Source: Balamuthia mandrillaris (lineage: Eukaryota). Taken from it: a stretch of 64,000 nucleotides of DNA. The stretch is from the NCBI GenBank assembly GCA_031835245.2, contig JAVKOQ020000103.1, positions 62,001 through 126,000 of the forward strand, in the 5' to 3' direction. This document shows, piece after piece, positions 35,401 to 49,500 of the stretch. The position numbers and the translations under genes are program-made. Below the pieces are notes generated by a model. The model made no database searches. It was not told where the DNA came from and worked only from the letters and a program-made list of their open reading frames with translations. Position 1 is the stretch's first letter; each line of letters begins with the position of its first letter.

Positions 35401-38034
35401 CAGCGCTGGTGGAGCCGGTATCGCTCCAGCGTTGTTGCCGTTGTTGTTGGCTTGCTCTTCTGTTCCTTCTTTGTCTTCCTTATCGTCTGCGCTCTCCTTT
35501 CCTTTGTCTTTATCGTTGGCATGGTCACCCTCTTCGCTGTCCTCTTTTTGTTGGAGTTGTTGTTCCTCTTTCTGTGGCACTTCAACTTCCTCGCTTCGTG
35601 GTTCGGGCCGAACTGCAGTTTCGTTTACATTTGCTACCTCTTCTTCATCGGAAGATGAGGATGCGTCTTCGTTTTCAAAGTCCTTCTCTGAGTCTGACCC
35701 TCCCTCAGTTTCCGCTTTTTCTCTTTCTTCTGTTTGTTCATCTTCTGCTTCCTCTTCTTCCTCTGCTGAGCTCGATGAAGTGTCCTTGTTTTCGTCTGAC
35801 GATTCCTCTTTTTCTTTCTCAACCTGAACTTCTTTTTCTTCCTCAACTTTTTCCTGTGTTGCTTCTTCTTCTTCTGCTTCTTCTTCAGTCTCACCGTCAT
35901 CGCTTTCTTGTTCATCCTCTGGTGCTTCATCGTCATCACTTTCTTCAAGTTGTTGTTGTGGCTTTGGATCTTCTTCTTTAGGCTCCTTGTCAACAGTCTC
36001 CTCGTTCACTGGTGCCGCTTTCTCTGCTTCTTTTATTCCTTGTGCTTCTCCCTCTGTCTCGTCGTCGCTTTCTCGTTCTTCCTCCTCTTCTTCCTCCTTC
36101 TGCTCCTCGTCCTCGTCCTCCGGCTCCTCTTCGTCCTTCTCGTCCTCCTTTATCTTCTCAGCCACTTCGTCATCTTTCTGCTCTTCTGTCCCTTTGTTTA
36201 CCTTTTCATGTTCCTCCTCCTCATCGGCGCTAGCGTCGTTCTCTGTCTCATGTTCTTTTGTTCCTTCTGCTTCGTCTTCTGATTCGGATTCGGACTCTTC
36301 TGTTGAACAGTCCACTGCCGCCTCTTCCTCCTTGTCTTCTGCTTCACCCTGCCTTTCTTGTTCTTGTTTGTCCTCTGTTGTCGTCGTCCTTATTTGGTCG
36401 TATTCCTGTTCGCTTGTTCTCTTTTCATCATCTTCCACTGTTTCTTCTTTTGCAGTTTCGTCCTCCTCCTGTGCTTGTCGTTGCTCCTTGTTCTCCTCTT
36501 CCTTTTCCTCCTCTTCTTGCAGCTTTCGAACCTCTTCAAACTCATCCTCACCATCAGAAGAAGAAGAAGATGAAGAAGAGCTTGATTCTACTTCATAGGT
36601 ATCTTCATCTATTGGCTCTTCTCCAAGCTTTTCGTCGCCGACGCCTTCAACAACGGTTCCACGAGCTTTTAAGCTGTCACTTTCGGCCTTTGTATCAGCT
36701 TTCTGTTCATCTTGTTCAAGTTCTTCTTCTTCCTCTTCCTCTTCTATTTTGTCCTCATCCTCGCTGCTTGAGCATGAGGAAGAGGCTGAAGAGTTCGAAC
36801 GAGGAGAAGGAGAAGAGTTGACGGTATGCGAAACCTCCTTCCTCTCCACGTTTGCCTCTTTCAAAGGCGGCGTTTCAACTTCATCATCTGAAGAGGAATC
36901 CACCTCCGATTCCACCTCCCCGTCGCTCTCAGTTGTGTCTTGCTGTGGTGTATGTCGAGGAGATTCCTTCTCCTCTTCCTCCTCGCTCGCCGTGTCTTTT
37001 TGTCGTACAGCTTTCTGCGGTCCATGTTCAGGAGACTCTGTCGCCACCTCCTTTGTCGGGAAGATCTCCGTTGAAATGGGTTCTTCCACTGTCTTCAGTT
37101 CCGCTTTCTTTTGTTCTTCCGCTTTCTCTTTCTTAGCTAGCGCATTGTGGTGATGGACATCATCTTCGCGTTTCTTCGGACCCCGCCGAGGGGATCCTAA
37201 AGAGGTCTTTCTCTTTGTCGCTGGCTGCCCGTTTTCTTGGCGAGGGCTTAGCGCCTTCTGGGTTGTTGTCGTTTTCCGAGGAGACATCGATGTTCCTCTC
37301 TTCTTGGAGGAGAAGGAACGAGGAGAAACTGTTGTGTTTGGTGTGTTAGCCCTCCGTGGGCTGTTCTCGGTTGAACTCTTCTCCCGCCTGCCTCTTCGTT
37401 CCCTGTCTTTATTGCTGTTTCCTCCTTCGTCACGACTTGCTTTCCTCTTCTTCTTGGCAGATGTCGTCGCCGTTTTTGTCCTGGGACTCACTACCGGGCT
37501 TCTCCGCGGGGAGGTCATGGATTTGTGTATCGTCTCCTCCCCTTTCGTCTTCCCCTTTTCCTTCTTCTTTTCGTTTTCTTTCTCTTGCTTCCCCTTTTCG
37601 TTTTCCTTCTGCTTTTTCTTCTTCGGCTTTGTTTTCTTTTTCTTTGGGTCTGGAGGAGCGCCTTTGGAGGGAGTGGTAGAACCGCCTCCCAAGTTGATCC
37701 TTTCCCTAGTGGCAACCACTATAACTGGCTTCCTTGGGGGAGAAGCGTCCTCCGAAGATGAAGACTCATCATCTTCTCTGGAAGCTGCTTCCTCCACCTT
37801 TCTTTTAGTCTTCGAAGGGGAGCGGTCACCCTTCGACTTTCGCCTTGTTTGTTTTATGTTGTTGCTCGGAGAAGCGTCGACGGAGTTCTTCTTTTTCGGA
37901 AAAGAAGGAGGGCTGTCTGAAGAAGAGTCCTCCTCTAGGCTTAAGAACCCCTCACTCTCCACCCCGCTGTGTTGTTCGTCCTCGCCATCGTCGTCGCTGT
38001 CGAAATGCCACTCATCCCCCAACTCCGCTTGCAT
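32455..38034 (-). CDS. RhoGEF (DH-PH) with F-box and very long basic then acidic disordered N-terminus
   Basis: F-box VPYAVLRLIFVHL..LRTASFVQRRWK..SNVIWK. DH motifs EILHTEETYV, VFSEIEVIL, LKAYTQYI, SFLIMPVQRIPRYVMLL. PH motifs CFLFNDMLLIAK, EKESWM. Confidence 0.9.
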
Positions 38035-38730
38035 TGCCCCCTCTCTATTTCTAAAATCTTGTACTGGTCTTGCTTGACCGCCGACTGCTTTTTTTTCCCC
38101 AGCTATGGCACACAAAGGCCACAAAACCACAGTTGGTTGGTTTGCAAACTTTTTTTTTCCCCGGTGTTTGGCGGTTTCTTTTGGTGCTCTGTGGCCCAAC
38201 GCTCGGCGCTCTATTTCACTTTTTTTTTTTTACATAACACGCTAACAGAGCGAAGGGGTGCTAGAACGGGCAAACATCGGTGAGAGACCATCGTTCAGTT
38301 TTAGATGTCCAATATCTTGGGTGTAAAATAGCGAGACAACAATTGAACCCCCCCACGGGGCAATCAATACATAAAATTTTAACGACTACCAAACATGAAC
38401 TTGATGACATCACCCACGATCGATCTCAAACTGCACGCTTCAACCAATAAGATATCAAAAATGAGGTGTCGACGGAATTTTCTTCCCCCCCAAGAAGAAA
38501 AATAACAAGAAAGTAGCCGTTGCTCCACTACTACCACTAACGATAGTTCGGCAGCAGCGAGCAAGCCACTTCCCTCTCTGGCTTCACTGTACGTTGCGTC
38601 CTCTGGGTTAGTACCGTTTCTTTGTTGGTAGCGTACCAAGTTGTGAACCAAAGGAGGAACAAACAAACAAAAAAGCTAAGGTTCCACACCACAGTGATTG
38701 TTTGAGGCAAAGCGGAATAACACTACGGCA

Positions 38731-39529
<799 letters not shown>

Positions 39530-39690
39530 GAAAAAAATCCTTCCTCTCTTTCTTCCTCTTATCTCACTCGTTTTTGTACATTCAACCCTTCTTTATTATT
39601 TCTTTCACCAGTTTTGTTTATTTTCTTCTCGTTGCTCTTCTTGTTCTTCTTGTCTCTTTAAAAAAAAAAACAAAAGCAAAGAGAGGAAGA

Positions 39691-40973
39691 TTAGATGCTG
39701 ATGTTGGACTCCATCTCGATATCACCGATCGAGCTGGTCATATCATCGCCAGTGCGGGAGCGGTGGTGGCCTCCCTTGCTCACGAACCTGCCAATCCTCC
39801 AACCCAGGAAGATCAGCCAGCCCGGCACCAACACCACTCCCCAAAACAGCGTCATCAAGCCGAACGCCATCCTCAATCCATCCACAAACCTGACAAAGAG
39901 AGGAGAAGAGAAATAAAGATGAGAGGAACGGCCGAGAAGAACACCAAACAAAACTACATACCACCAAGAGACCTCCACGATGAGAGTGGCTATGCCAATG
40001 AAGCCCACAAAGAGGCCCAAGACGGCGTGGGTCTTACTCTCAAACTCCTGGTAGGTCCAGAAGAGGAAGCTAGCCGTCACGATGGACAAGCTGATGAAGA
40101 GGTAGATCAAGGAGAAGACCCAGATGCTCCGCGCCTCGGATACACGGTAGGCCACCTCGAGGGCTTGCAGCGTGCTGTCTTCCTTCACCTCCACGCTGAT
40201 GTTGTAGGCTTCAGTCAATCCTGTTTATGAGGCAAGAAGGAAAAGCGCAAGAAAGAAGAGGAGGAGGAGGAGAAGAACGAGAAGAGTAAAACAAGGAGGA
40301 AATGGAAAGAAGAACCACAACAAGAACGAAAACAAAAAAAACCAAAACAAAAAAAAACACGAAGACAAAAACGAACCGCCCATGTTTTGCAAAAACTCCA
40401 ACGCGGGCAAAAGGCTGCCAACCAGGTAGGAATAGACGACAACATTCTTGGTGAAGCTCGGCGCGAACATTAAGATCTTCTTCAAGCAGAGAATGCTGTA
40501 GAGCGAGAATATAAGACCCTTTTTTTTTTAAAAAAAAAAAAGATGAGTGAGTGAGTTGGATTTTTGGAAGCAAAGAGTATTGAGCAGCACCATGCAAGCG
40601 AAAAAGTCAATGGCCAACATGTAGGAAAACTCGTTACGCCTGAATTCCCAGAGCTGCGCGTTTGTTTCCCCAACGTATCAGCAGCAGCAAGTGATGATTC
40701 AAAACGAAAGTTGGGGGAGTGAGTGAGTCTGATTTGTGGAAAGTGCGCCATTGAAAAGGAGAGGATGTTGAAAGATGGAGATGAAGAAAAAAAAACCTTT
40801 CGAAGCCAGTTTGGATCAAAGCGATTGGTGTAGTTACCATCATCGTAGTTGGGGATGTCCTGGTTGGAGCCAAAGTAGATGAAGAGAATGATGGCTGAGG
40901 GGACGATGAGGAAGCCAGCCCCAAAGAAGGCGAACCAACGACCAGCGTGCAAGTTCAATCGACTGAGAGCCAT
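39691..40973 (-). CDS. Multi-pass membrane protein of unknown function
   Basis: Four exons join in frame from MALSRLNLHAGRWFAFF to MESNISI-stop, with about 6-7 hydrophobic segments. Confidence 0.75.
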
Positions 40974-41107
40974 CCCTCTTTTCTTTCTTTCCTTTCTTTT
41001 GTTGTTGGCTCAACAAAAGCAAAGAATTCTTTTGATTGTGAGAAAATACACTGAAAAATCGAATGTGACCAAAAAAAAAAACGCAAAATATTGCAAAACA
41101 AAAAAAA

Positions 41108-41179
41108 TGCCCCGACCCGGAATCGAACCGGGGATACGGGTACCACAAACCCGTGTGATGCCAACTTCACCATCGGGGC
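41108..41179 (-). tRNA. tRNA-His(GTG)
   Basis: Minus strand GCCCCGA TG GTGAAGTTGGCATCAC A CGGGT TTGTGGT ACCCG TATC CCCGG TTCGATT CCGGG TCGGGGC A folds as a full cloverleaf, followed by a T7 Pol III terminator. Confidence 0.97.
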
Positions 41180-41417
41180 GAACTTGTAATATTCCAAAAA
41201 TTTTGAAACATGCAACCAAAATAATTGCGTAGCCAAACAAAAAAAATGGAACGAGGGGTCAACTCGAGGAGGAAAGAAAGAATATTTTGCGAAGAAGAGA
41301 ACGAAGAAAGAAGCGAAGAAGCAAAGAAAAGAAGGAAGTAGTGGCATAAAAACAGTACAAGGTTTTTATTTTCTCCCTCTCCCTCCCTCTCTCCTTATCT
41401 CACTTAGCCATTCAAAA

Positions 41418-41918
41418 ATGCCTAATACGAACAACGACAACCGCCACCTACCCACCACCGCCACCACCACCACTACGACAACAACAACACCGTTAAAGAT
41501 GAATCCTCAGGACAAACCAGAGAGCGAAAGCACCAAATGGGGCGATCTCGCCGAGGACGACGAGGTGGACAGTGGAGCTAGTGAGGATAACCTCAGCAAA
41601 GAGGTGGAGGAAAAGCTCAGCACCAAAGTAGCTCCTGGAAACGAGGACGTTGATGGTAGGAATGCCTCTCTTTTTGTCAAATCAACCCGAAAAAAAATGG
41701 TGGTCATCTCATCGCAATGTTTTTTTTGCACCTTGTCATCTTCTTCACCTCCTTCACCTGCCCCGTGAAAAGAGCCGTTGCCGATCTCTGTAACCAAAGG
41801 ACAACTTCTGCCAAACCAAGAAGAAGACAAGCTCATTGTGGATCAATCGGATCCCACTTCTCCTCTCTACTCTGTACACAGCTTTGAGGAGCTTGGCCTG
41901 TACTACTTCCTCTGTTTT

Positions 41919-41955
<37 letters not shown>

Positions 41956-43784
41956 CTCCTCTCTCTGTCTATCTCCTGTTAAGCTTTACCTCTTTCTATT
42001 TTCACTCTCTTTCGCCGTTCTTTTTGTCGTTTTCGCTTTTTTGTTTTCATTCACTTATATCGCTTTTCTCTCGGTCTGCAGTGCCCCCGAGTTGCTTAGA
42101 GGTGTGTATGCTTTGGGCTACAATAAGCCATCTCGAATTCAAGAGGCTGCTTTGCCCATTGCTTTGGGTAACCCGTACGTTTCTCTCCTTATGCGTTTCT
42201 CTCTCTCTCTCCTCCAACGAGCAAGCAAAACTGACGTTGTTCATCCTGTAGGCCACAAAACTTGATCGCACAAGCACAATCCGGCACAGGAAAGACAGCT
42301 GCATTCACGCTCAGCATGCTTAGTCGCAGCACTCCTGAGCCCTACCCTCAAGTACATATACTCCCTCTTCTTGAAATTTTTTGACTTGTGTGAGAAGGTC
42401 TTGTGTATCTGACCCATGCAATGGCGAACAACAAAAAGGCTTTGTGCGTGTGTCCGACACGAGAGTTGGCAAGACAAATCCACTCCGTCGTATCCGAAAT
42501 GGGCAAATTTAGTGAAATCAAACCATTGCTCGTTGTACGCGATGCTCCTAGTACGTTTCTCTCTCTCTCTCTCTCTCTCTTCCTGTTTCTTTGTGGAATC
42601 TTCATAGAGATGAATGGTTTCTACGGAGCTTACCTGTGAAGAAGCGCAAAATTTATAACCTACTGCCTTCCTACTGAATGAAGACTCGTTATTTTGACTT
42701 TCTGCTTTCTTTGTTTACGTTGTCTCAAACACTCATCTATTTTCTTCAATGAAACAGTTCCAAAGACCAAAATCACACACCAAATCGTTATCGGCACGCC
42801 AGGCAAGCTTCTAGACCTTCTTAAACATAGAACATTGGACACAAGCCGCATCAAAGTATTCGTTTTGGACGAAGCAGACGAGATGTTGGCCCTACAAGGC
42901 CTCTCTCCCCAAACTCTTCGCCTCAAAAAGTATTATCCCTTATTATTCCCCGCCCTTCCTGCTCTCTTTCCCCTCTGCTTCTTTCTTTGCTTTAAAAAGA
43001 ATGCATGAATGGCTCACCGTGGTTTTTTTTAAAAAAAAACCAGTGCATTGCCAGGTAAAGGAAAGAACTGCCAAATCCTTTTGTTCTCAGCGACGTACGA
43101 CGACAAGGTAGCCAAGTTTGCTTACCAAGTGGTGCCCAAGCCGCACGTCTCTATTCGCCTCGAACGGAAGCAGCTCAGCCTTGACAAGATCGCTCAGTTC
43201 TACATTGATTGCGGCAGCGAGGGGAATAAGTTCAATGTCCTCGCGGAGCTCTATTGTTATTTGAGCGTTGGACAGAGCATCATCTTTGTTGCGGTTCGTA
43301 TTTTACGTTTCTCCTTGTGTTTCCTTTGCCATAACGAATTCATGTTAAAAAACAGAGACGGTCAACGGCGCAAGAAATAACCCAAAGAATGAGAGCAATG
43401 AAGCACACCGTCTCCCTGCTTCACGGCGGCGACATGGAGAGCAACGAGCGAGACGCCGTCATCGACGACTTTAGGAGCGGCAAGACCAAAGTGCTGATCA
43501 CCACCAACGTGTTGGCGCGCGGCATCGACATCCTCCAAGTCTCCCTCGTCATCAACTACGACCTGCCTCTGGACAGGGAGAACAGGCCGGACTTCTCCAC
43601 CTACCTCCACAGGATCGGAAGGAGCGGCAGGTTCGGAAGGAGCGGCATCGCCATCAACTTTGTGCACGACAACGCCTCGAAGAAGGACTTGCAGGCCATC
43701 GAGGCCTATTTCCAGAGGAAGATCGAGCCATTCCCCGAGGAAGACATGGCCAAGCTGACCGACATGTTGCGTGAAATCCAGTAA
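41418..43784 (+). CDS. DBP5: DEAD-box mRNA export helicase Dbp5/DDX19
   Basis: [77 protein letters not shown]. Start could be 41418 or 41499. Confidence 0.95.
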
Positions 43785-44261
43785 TCGCTTTGTCCTCCCG
43801 CCCTTTGCAACAACAAACACAACGACGACGACACCAACAATAACAACGCTGCTAATATTAATGATACCAAACCCAAACGGTTTTTGGGCTCCCTCTCTCT
43901 CTCTCTCTGTCTCTGTCTCTGTCTCTCTATCTCTCTTCTCCCTCTCTCTCTCTCTCTCTCTGCCTCTCTGCCTCTCTGCCTCTCTGCCTCTCTGCCTCTC
44001 TGCCTCTCTGCCTCTCTGCCTCTCTGCCTCTCTCTTCTCTCTCTCTCTCTTTTGAGAGGAGTAATGCGAAGCCCCACCAATCAAAAATCGAATAACGTTC
44101 GCGTCGTCCTGAATTTATTGAGTGACAACAAAGGATGCGAGTTCAACTCTGAGTGCTTCATATTTTGTTTTTGGATGAAAACAAAAAAAAAAAAAGAAAG
44201 AAAGGAGGATTGGTTGCGGGGCTAACACACTTGAAGAGAGAAAGCACTGTGAACAAAAAAC

Positions 44262-45185
44262 ATGCAAGTCTGCACGAAAGAGACCGCTGCCAAGCTATCT
44301 TTCTCGGAGACGCGGCTGCGACATACCTGGAGCAAGAAAATGGGGTTCTCCTTCAACACGATGACCGCCGGACAGATGTTCTCCGACAACACGACCAACC
44401 TCGTCTTTGGAACTGTGAAGGGCAAAATAAGAGTTTTCAAGGACCAAAAAGTACTTGACTCTCTCTCTCTCTCTCTCTCTGCTCTTGGCTTCTCATCATT
44501 TTTTTTCGGTCCCAAAGGAAGAGTTTGTGTTGGAGACAAAAGGAGGAGCAGTGCAAGCGGTAGCTCTCTACGATGTCACAAAGTTTGGCTCGGTGGACGT
44601 TGTCGTTGGCGATGTGGATGGTAACGTGGTGGTGTTTTCGAACGGCCAGATCTTTCGGCGCAGGTCTGTGAATAGCCCTGTTACTGCTTTGGCTATTCAA
44701 CTCGATACTGGTACTCCTCTTCTCTCGTGCCATTCCATTTTCTGTGCTTCTATTCGCTGTCTCTCGCTCTCTGTCTCTCTGTCTCTATCTCGTCTCTCTC
44801 TCTCTCTCCTCTCTCTCTCTCCTCTCTCTGCTTAACCTTCGTAACAACCAGCACAAAACTTTAGTTTAGTGGTAGGTGACTTTGGTGGTGGTCTCACCAC
44901 ATTTGATGCTGGAATGGACGTTGTTTTCCGGTTACAGGTTTGTATATCCGTCTCCCCTGCAATCAGTTTCCTTCCACTATTTCTCTCTCTTCTTGCTTAC
45001 ATATCTGTCCTTTTACCAGTTAGGAGAGGAGACAATACGGTGCATGCTGCCAGTGCAGATGAGAGACGCTTATGGCGTCATGACATACATGCTGCTCGTA
45101 TCCGACGGAGGCTCTGAGTTACACTTTTTCGCTAAAGACATCTGTGTGAAACGGCTGCCCGTGTCCAGCCCTGTTCTCGCTGTAT

Positions 45186-45227
<42 letters not shown>

Positions 45228-45911
45228 CTACAACTTTAAAAGACACTGAACTGTTTCATTGTCAGATGTGTGCCGGAACATTTTACATAAAGAGTGAAGG
45301 AGAAGAACAGGATAACACCACTTCCAAACAGCGTCAACACTTAAAGAGCGAACATACAGAATCCAGAAAGATGGCACAACACCCGCCACAGCAAGTGCTG
45401 CTGGGTTGTGAGGATGGTTGGATCTACCTCCTTCACGAGAATTTAGAGGTGGAGCGATTCATTCATGTTGGCTATTGCATCACCTCTCTTACTGCCCTCC
45501 CTCCCTCCTTTTTCTCTTCTTCCTCGTTCTCTACTTCTTCCGTGATGAACACTACCAACAACAAAATGGAAAACGGTTCAGCATCGCCATGCACAACACA
45601 TGCAATGCGGATTCTTTGTGGAGGACACTTTGCTGGTTTACGGCTGTACGAGAACGGACAGGTATCTTCATCTCTCTCTCTCTCTCTCTCTGTGTTAATT
45701 GGCATTTCCATAGTTGGTGGGTCAAACGGAGACATCAGACTGGGTGCACAGTGTATGTGTGATGCCATTATCCGACATCGATGAGCAGCAGCAACCACAA
45801 GAGACGCTCAACACAGAACAGGAACAGAACGAACAACAGAATAAGAACAACGGACTGCAAAGCGTCGTGGTTGCTTGCATTGATGACACTGTCTATCACT
45901 ATCAACTTTGA
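44262..45911 (+). CDS. Beta-propeller protein (FG-GAP/ITFG2-like or BBS2/BBS7-like)
   Basis: Repeated blades NLVFGTVKGKIRVF, DVVVGDVDGNVVVF, LVVGDFGGGLTTF, VLLGCEDGWIYLL, VVVACIDDTVY. Family assignment uncertain. Confidence 0.65.
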
Positions 45912-46000
45912 TTGCAAACAAAAAAAATTTAACAAAACAAAACCTTTTTTTTTCACAATTGCCAAACAGTAAAGGAAGATACACCAAATCTTCTATGTAC

Positions 46001-46462
46001 TCACGCTCTTTGCTTTTGCTTCTCATGCTCTTCTTCCTCCTCCTCTTCTTCCTCTTCTTCCTCCTCTTCACCATAGGCATATTCTCCTTCTTCCTCTTCT
46101 CCTTCTCCCTCTTCTTCAACTTGTTCCTGTGGGTAATGCACAAAGCAGTTGATCATCAGCTGTTGCGTTTCAACTGCTCTCTTGAATTCTTCATAGTTGA
46201 TTTCGCCGTCATGATTTGTATCTGTTATATTGTTTTCATTTTTGTAAAGAATAAGAAAAAGGTACGTTTTTTGTTTTTAAAAAAGGATGAGAGTCACTGA
46301 GTATCATACCAATCTTCTTGAAACAGTCAGAGACCATCGCGCGGATTTCTTCTCTGGAGAAGGATTGTCCCTTGCTTCGAAGAGAGGCTTGGAAGATGTT
46401 GTAGACTTCATCCGGGGTCAGGGTACCACTTCCATCCACATCGTACGCATCAAACAAAACTG

Positions 46463-46514
<52 letters not shown>

Positions 46515-49500
46515 CATGGATCAGTAAACGCAGAGAATCGAGGATGATAAATGAGAACAAGAGAAGGAAGGAAGACTGAAAGAGAGAGAGAGGAGGCAAG
46601 GGGTAAAGGTACATCGAAGGCGCTCTTCCATGGTGCCTTTTTGCACGATAGAAAGGCCAGTCACAAATTCTCTAAAGTTGATCTTGCCGTCCTTGTTGTG
46701 GTCAAAAGCGCTAAAGTTTTGCTCCAAAATGAGAGGGTCGGTGATGCCGATGGCTTTGAGGCCTTCCTCAAACTCTTCTCTTCCAACACAGCCATCTTTA
46801 GCTTGTCCCTGCCAGTTCGAATACAATTGCTCGAGTTCTTCTTTGCTGACTACAGGAGTGAAAAAAAACTAGAGTAAGAGAAAAGAAAACAGAAGTGAAA
46901 AGAGAAAGGAGAACGATGCGAACAGTGGGTAGTCTCCTCTAACTGCTCGAACAGAGCTTTGGTCTCTTCTCGTCTAAATAAGTCCAACTCAGAACTCAAA
47001 GAGAAGGAAGAGCCTTGCAGGTTCGGCGTCGCAAGCGGGAAAAACACAGACGCCACCGTGGACGAGGATTTTTCTCCTCCGTTCGATGAAGAAGCAGAAG
47101 AAGATGAGGAGGAAGAAGACGATGACGCAGAAGATGGTCGATCGGCAGGTCGCTCAAAGACGCTTCCTGATTTTAATTTACGTTGGCGTACAGGAGAGCC
47201 CGGTGGCGATGTTCGTGGTGTGGTGATGGGAGAGCCCAGCAAAGAAGGGCTAGGCGTTATGATTGGGGAGACGAGTGGGTTCTGCGCACTGATGCGCAGT
47301 TTAAGGGTTCTTGCCGAGTCCCTAAAGTACTTGTCGAAAGCAGCTGCGAGACTCTGTTGGCTATCAATTGTTACTGGGTCACCTTCGTCGTCCTTTTATT
47401 TTTCAACAAAAAGAATATGTAAAATTTAAGAAAAGAGCAAATGAGAAAGAAAAAGCAAATACCAAGTAGGTCAACACAAGCGAAGTTCCATACTTGGCTT
47501 GCAGTTCGTTGAGAAGAGCTGTGTAGCTCACAGTTTTAGGGACTTCCACCACTCGAATGTCCTTTCCTTCTCCAAAATAGCATTTCAACAATACCTAACA
47601 ATAACAGAGAGAGAGAGAGAGAGAGAGAGAGAATAACTATGATGCACAAACAAAAGCAGAATAAGAAAAAGAGAACATACCTTGGCCTCATAGGACTCCT
47701 CCTTATCGAAAAACTCTTTCCAAATGGTACCAATCATTCTAGAGACATGCCTCGAGATTTTCGAGTCCTTGTTGCTGTCATGCACCCTCTTTATCTTGAA
47801 TAGCAACGATCTTATCTTCTCCTCCACGGTGTTGTCTTTGGGGTGACGACTCTTCTGTCTCCATGCCTCTAATTCCTTGGTAGAGCTTTGCTTCAAAGCG
47901 CGCAGCACGCTGGCGAGCTGATCCACGCAGCCGGCATCGAAGGAAAGGGCGTATTGGTTAAGTTTGTGTTGTTCCTCGGCTTCCATTTCGCCGACGTTGA
48001 TGATGTTGTCCAACCCTTTCAAAATGTCTTGCACAAACTCAAAGTTGAAGGAAGGGCCACAAAACTTATAGATTTTGGTTAAGATCTGGTCGTAGACTTT
48101 GAAATGGCTGAGCGCTTTTGCTAAAGCACCAACTGTGCCTTGTTCCACCAAATACCTGTTTGTTTTGAAATCATATCATTAGCATTGCCGAAGAAAGAGA
48201 AAAAGAATAAAGAAAGAATGAAGAGAGAAGGACAAAACAGAACAACGAAGAAGAAAGCGTACTCTATCTGAGGAGGAGTGCCTCGCGTGATGTATTTGAT
48301 CACTTTAGCAACCTTCCACCGAATGAGCTCGTCGGTAGCAAGCAGCGACAGCAGCTCGGGCACTATCTTGGCCTTGATTATGGCCTGCACTCGCTTGCAA
48401 ACACCAGCTAGCACAATCAAACACTCGCAGGAGCTCACACGAACCAGTTCGTCTTCCGCCAGCAAAAGCTGCAGCAGGGCCTCACATAACTTGGCATCCA
48501 GCAGGAATTGAGTCTGTTTATCATCGAAGCGCAACACGTAGGCTATTGTTTGCAAAGTACCTCTGGTCACTCTTGAATCAGGATGCCTGCTTTTTCAAGA
48601 GAGGAGTTGAAGAGTAAGAATGATGTTCGCTTCGCCCATAAGAGTAGTAAGCCCACTTACTGGAGAACCTCAATGAGACGTTTGCAAATGTTAGGCTCTG
48701 GAACGCCAGGCAGAACTATTGCGAGAGCAGAGCATACATTGGCTAATATCTCTGGATCATTCAAAAACAACAATGCTCCAAGTTGAGGCAACATTGGACT
48801 TATCTGTCGAAAGAAAGGTCAGAAGGGTTACACCTTTGAGTTGTTGAAGGAATAAGTGCGAACCATGTCCCAAGCAGGAAGCTTGTCTCTTGAGTGGGTT
48901 ACACCACAAAGCAAAGACAAAACCCAGCTGATGTTGCGCTGGACGTCGATATTGTTGGTATTAGCAGAGATAACAATTAACGGGTGCAGCACATTCTCTC
49001 TAAGAAGATAATCACGACATTCGGGGTTATGAGCAGCCAAGCATCCCAAACAAAGAATGCACTAATGAGAGAGAGAGAGAGAGAGAGAGAAAGGCAGAGA
49101 CAGAAATAAAGAGATTATCAATACAAAGCTAATGGAGAGAGAGAGAGAGAGCGAGAAACTGACCTGCTGGACAATTTCAAACACATTGCAAGTTAAGAGC
49201 TTAATGAGAATAGGAACAGCGCCCTCGGAGATAACCAGTTTTTTGAAAAACATTTGGGAGGGATGCAACAACGAGTCTGCTGGAGTGGAGGCTATTCTTG
49301 GACCCGGTGCAAAGAAGGTCAATATTTGAGCAGCCAATAACTAAGTTTTGTGTTTTTTTTTTTAAAGGTAAGGTTAATAACGAACACAAGCAGATGGCCT
49401 TCAGGATAAGAGTAAAAAAGCAAGTATACCTGGATTTGAGTATTACTAGAGTATTGCAACAAATGAACGATACGAGGAATGATGGAAGTCTGAACGATGA

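Noticed and set aside
38395..38475. TGATGA box-C-like motif suggesting a C/D snoRNA
   Set aside because: No box D (CTGA) at a suitable distance and no convincing terminal stem.
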